A stretch of DNA of 63,679 nucleotides, the filler included, from Octopus bimaculoides (lineage: Eukaryota): assembly GCF_001194135.2 (NCBI RefSeq). It is 7 parts of 6 records of this genome, joined end to end, with 100 filler letters (N's around TTAATTAATTAA, not from the genome) between each part and the next. Parts side by side here need not be neighbours in the genome. Positions count along the whole stretch, not along the records: positions 61,699 to 63,679 come from NC_069001.1; 6 more parts are not named here. One strand, written 5' to 3'. Below the pieces are notes generated by a model, which had not been told where the DNA came from, did not search any database, and worked only from the letters and a program-made list of their open reading frames with translations. Made by a program: the position numbers and the translations under genes. Of the stretch, positions 62,211 through 63,679 are shown in pieces. The stretch's first letter is position 1, and every line of letters starts with the position of its first letter.

Positions 62211-63108
62211 TACGTGTTCTGATCAATAAGAATCCTGACTGTTGCCATAGTAACGAAGCTAAAGCACGAAGAGTAAAACGGCTGGAGTCAGTTTGACCTT
62301 GAACTCTGCTGTGCATGCATATTATGATTTAGCCTTCTAGCACGCTTCAGCTGTTTACAGCAGTGCTTGGAACGAACGTGTATAGCGTGTGATCGTCGCA
62401 TTGAAAACGTTAGAGAAAGTTTAGCAGAAAAGTTGGATTAAATTTTTACCAAAATCATGGCAATAACAGTTCAGAAGCCTACGCAAATTTTCAAAATGTT
62501 TTCATCGTTCTTCACACAATCAAGGAGATCTTAGGCAATTGAAACCCGAGTGTCTTATTGGTTAACTGAAAGCAGTTTTAGCACGAACTTGGCAGACACA
62601 CATCTCATACACAATTATTCAGTGATAACGGACTGAACTGATTGTAACTAATCTGCACATCTTCTGATATCTCACGGATGACGATTCGACATTTCTCCTC
62701 ACAGCTACACACACATCTACAATGGTTTCCAAACTTTTGCAAGTTGCATATCTCACAGAACGTTCGCCAATATCGACATTATTTCGGCCAACTTGGAAAT
62801 GTCTGAACCGTTAGTACACTTGTACGCGGCTCATACACTCCTCTTTCCCCATACACTTTCTGCAACTTTGCGTAGCTCTCTGACCACGCGTCGTCATGAC
62901 GACTGTCATGGTCACGCGACGATCGCGCGCTAAAACAACTGGCTTCCAAACATTGCTGTAAACAGCGAATGTGAGCGAAGAAGTTAAATCTTATTTCGCC
63001 TGAACAACAGAGTACAAAGTCAATCCGTGCAGAGCGGCTTCACTCTGCGTGTGTTAGCTATGTTACTATTATGACAACACTCCGGATACTTATTGATTAG
63101 ACCTCACA
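62211..63108 (-). mobile_element. Internally deleted, decayed mariner transposon (~900 bp); partial duplicate 63443-63679
   Basis: Imperfect TIRs TACGTGTTCTGATCAATAAGAATCCTGA / TCCGGATACTTATTGATTAGACCTCACA, with similarity extending ~55 bp. Minus frame GKEECMSRVQVY*RFRHFQVGRNNVDIGERS resembles the mariner N-terminal HTH. Confidence 0.8.
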
Positions 63109-63679
63109 CATACATCTATATATATAGATAGAAGGAAAAAGAATATATATATTTATATATATACATATATACATATATACATATACATAAATGTATATAT
63201 ATATACATATATATATATACATATATATACACATATATATACACAGACACACTCACACACATAGATATACATACATTTCCAGATAGCAAGTTCAGGTCTA
63301 TACCTGTAATTATTGAGGCCTCGGGATATGTAAAACACTACCTAAATACCAATCTTGAAAAAGTCGGCTTCTCGAATCCAGAAAGGAGAAAGCTAATTCG
63401 AAGACTACAAATCCAATCTATCAACAGAACTGTAAAAAGTTTATCGGACTGAACTGATTGTAACTAATCTGTACATCTTTTGGTATCTCACGGATGATTC
63501 GACATTTATCCTCACAGCTACAAGCACATCTACAAAGCTTTCCAAACTTTTCCAAGTTGCATATCTCCCAGAATATTCGTGAATATCGACATTATTTCAG
63601 CCAACTTGGAAACGTCTGAACCACTAGTACACTTGTACGCGGCTCATACACTTGTACGCGGCTCATACACTTCCCCTTC

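Overview
Eukaryotic, AT-rich, microsatellite- and transposon-dense DNA. The SINE/LINE repertoire and repeat style suggest a coleoid cephalopod, probably Octopus (inference; BLAST the CWC27 exons to confirm). The window is seven segments joined by six artificial 100-nt spacers (44 N + TTAATTAATTAA + 44 N), so adjacency across these joins is unproven. The only host gene I can identify is CWC27 (spliceosomal cyclophilin), with nine minus-strand coding exons between 14303 and 7031. Its first ~84 codons are not visible and one exon start falls in a gap. The rest is a layered record of TEs: Tx1/L1-like, CR1/L2-like, RTE, restriction-like-endonuclease (R4/Dong-like) and Penelope-like retroelements; piggyBac, Chapaev3-like, mariner and hAT DNA transposons; MITE/foldback hairpins; and several tRNA-derived SINE families. 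The most interesting signals are two type-I hammerhead ribozyme motifs on the minus strand (33314-33416 with a complete catalytic core and an inverted half-copy nearby; 54406-54484). Also notable are a perfect 31-bp hairpin built from a SINE tail, transposases with a splice acceptor right at the start codon, a telomere-repeat patch inside a SINE, and a CpG-decayed segment (50.7-61.6 kb) suggesting an unidentified methylated gene body. Ribozyme-bearing retroelements are a known class, so I cannot claim a wholly new system. No searches were run, and TE boundaries are approximate unless TIR/TSD coordinates are given.
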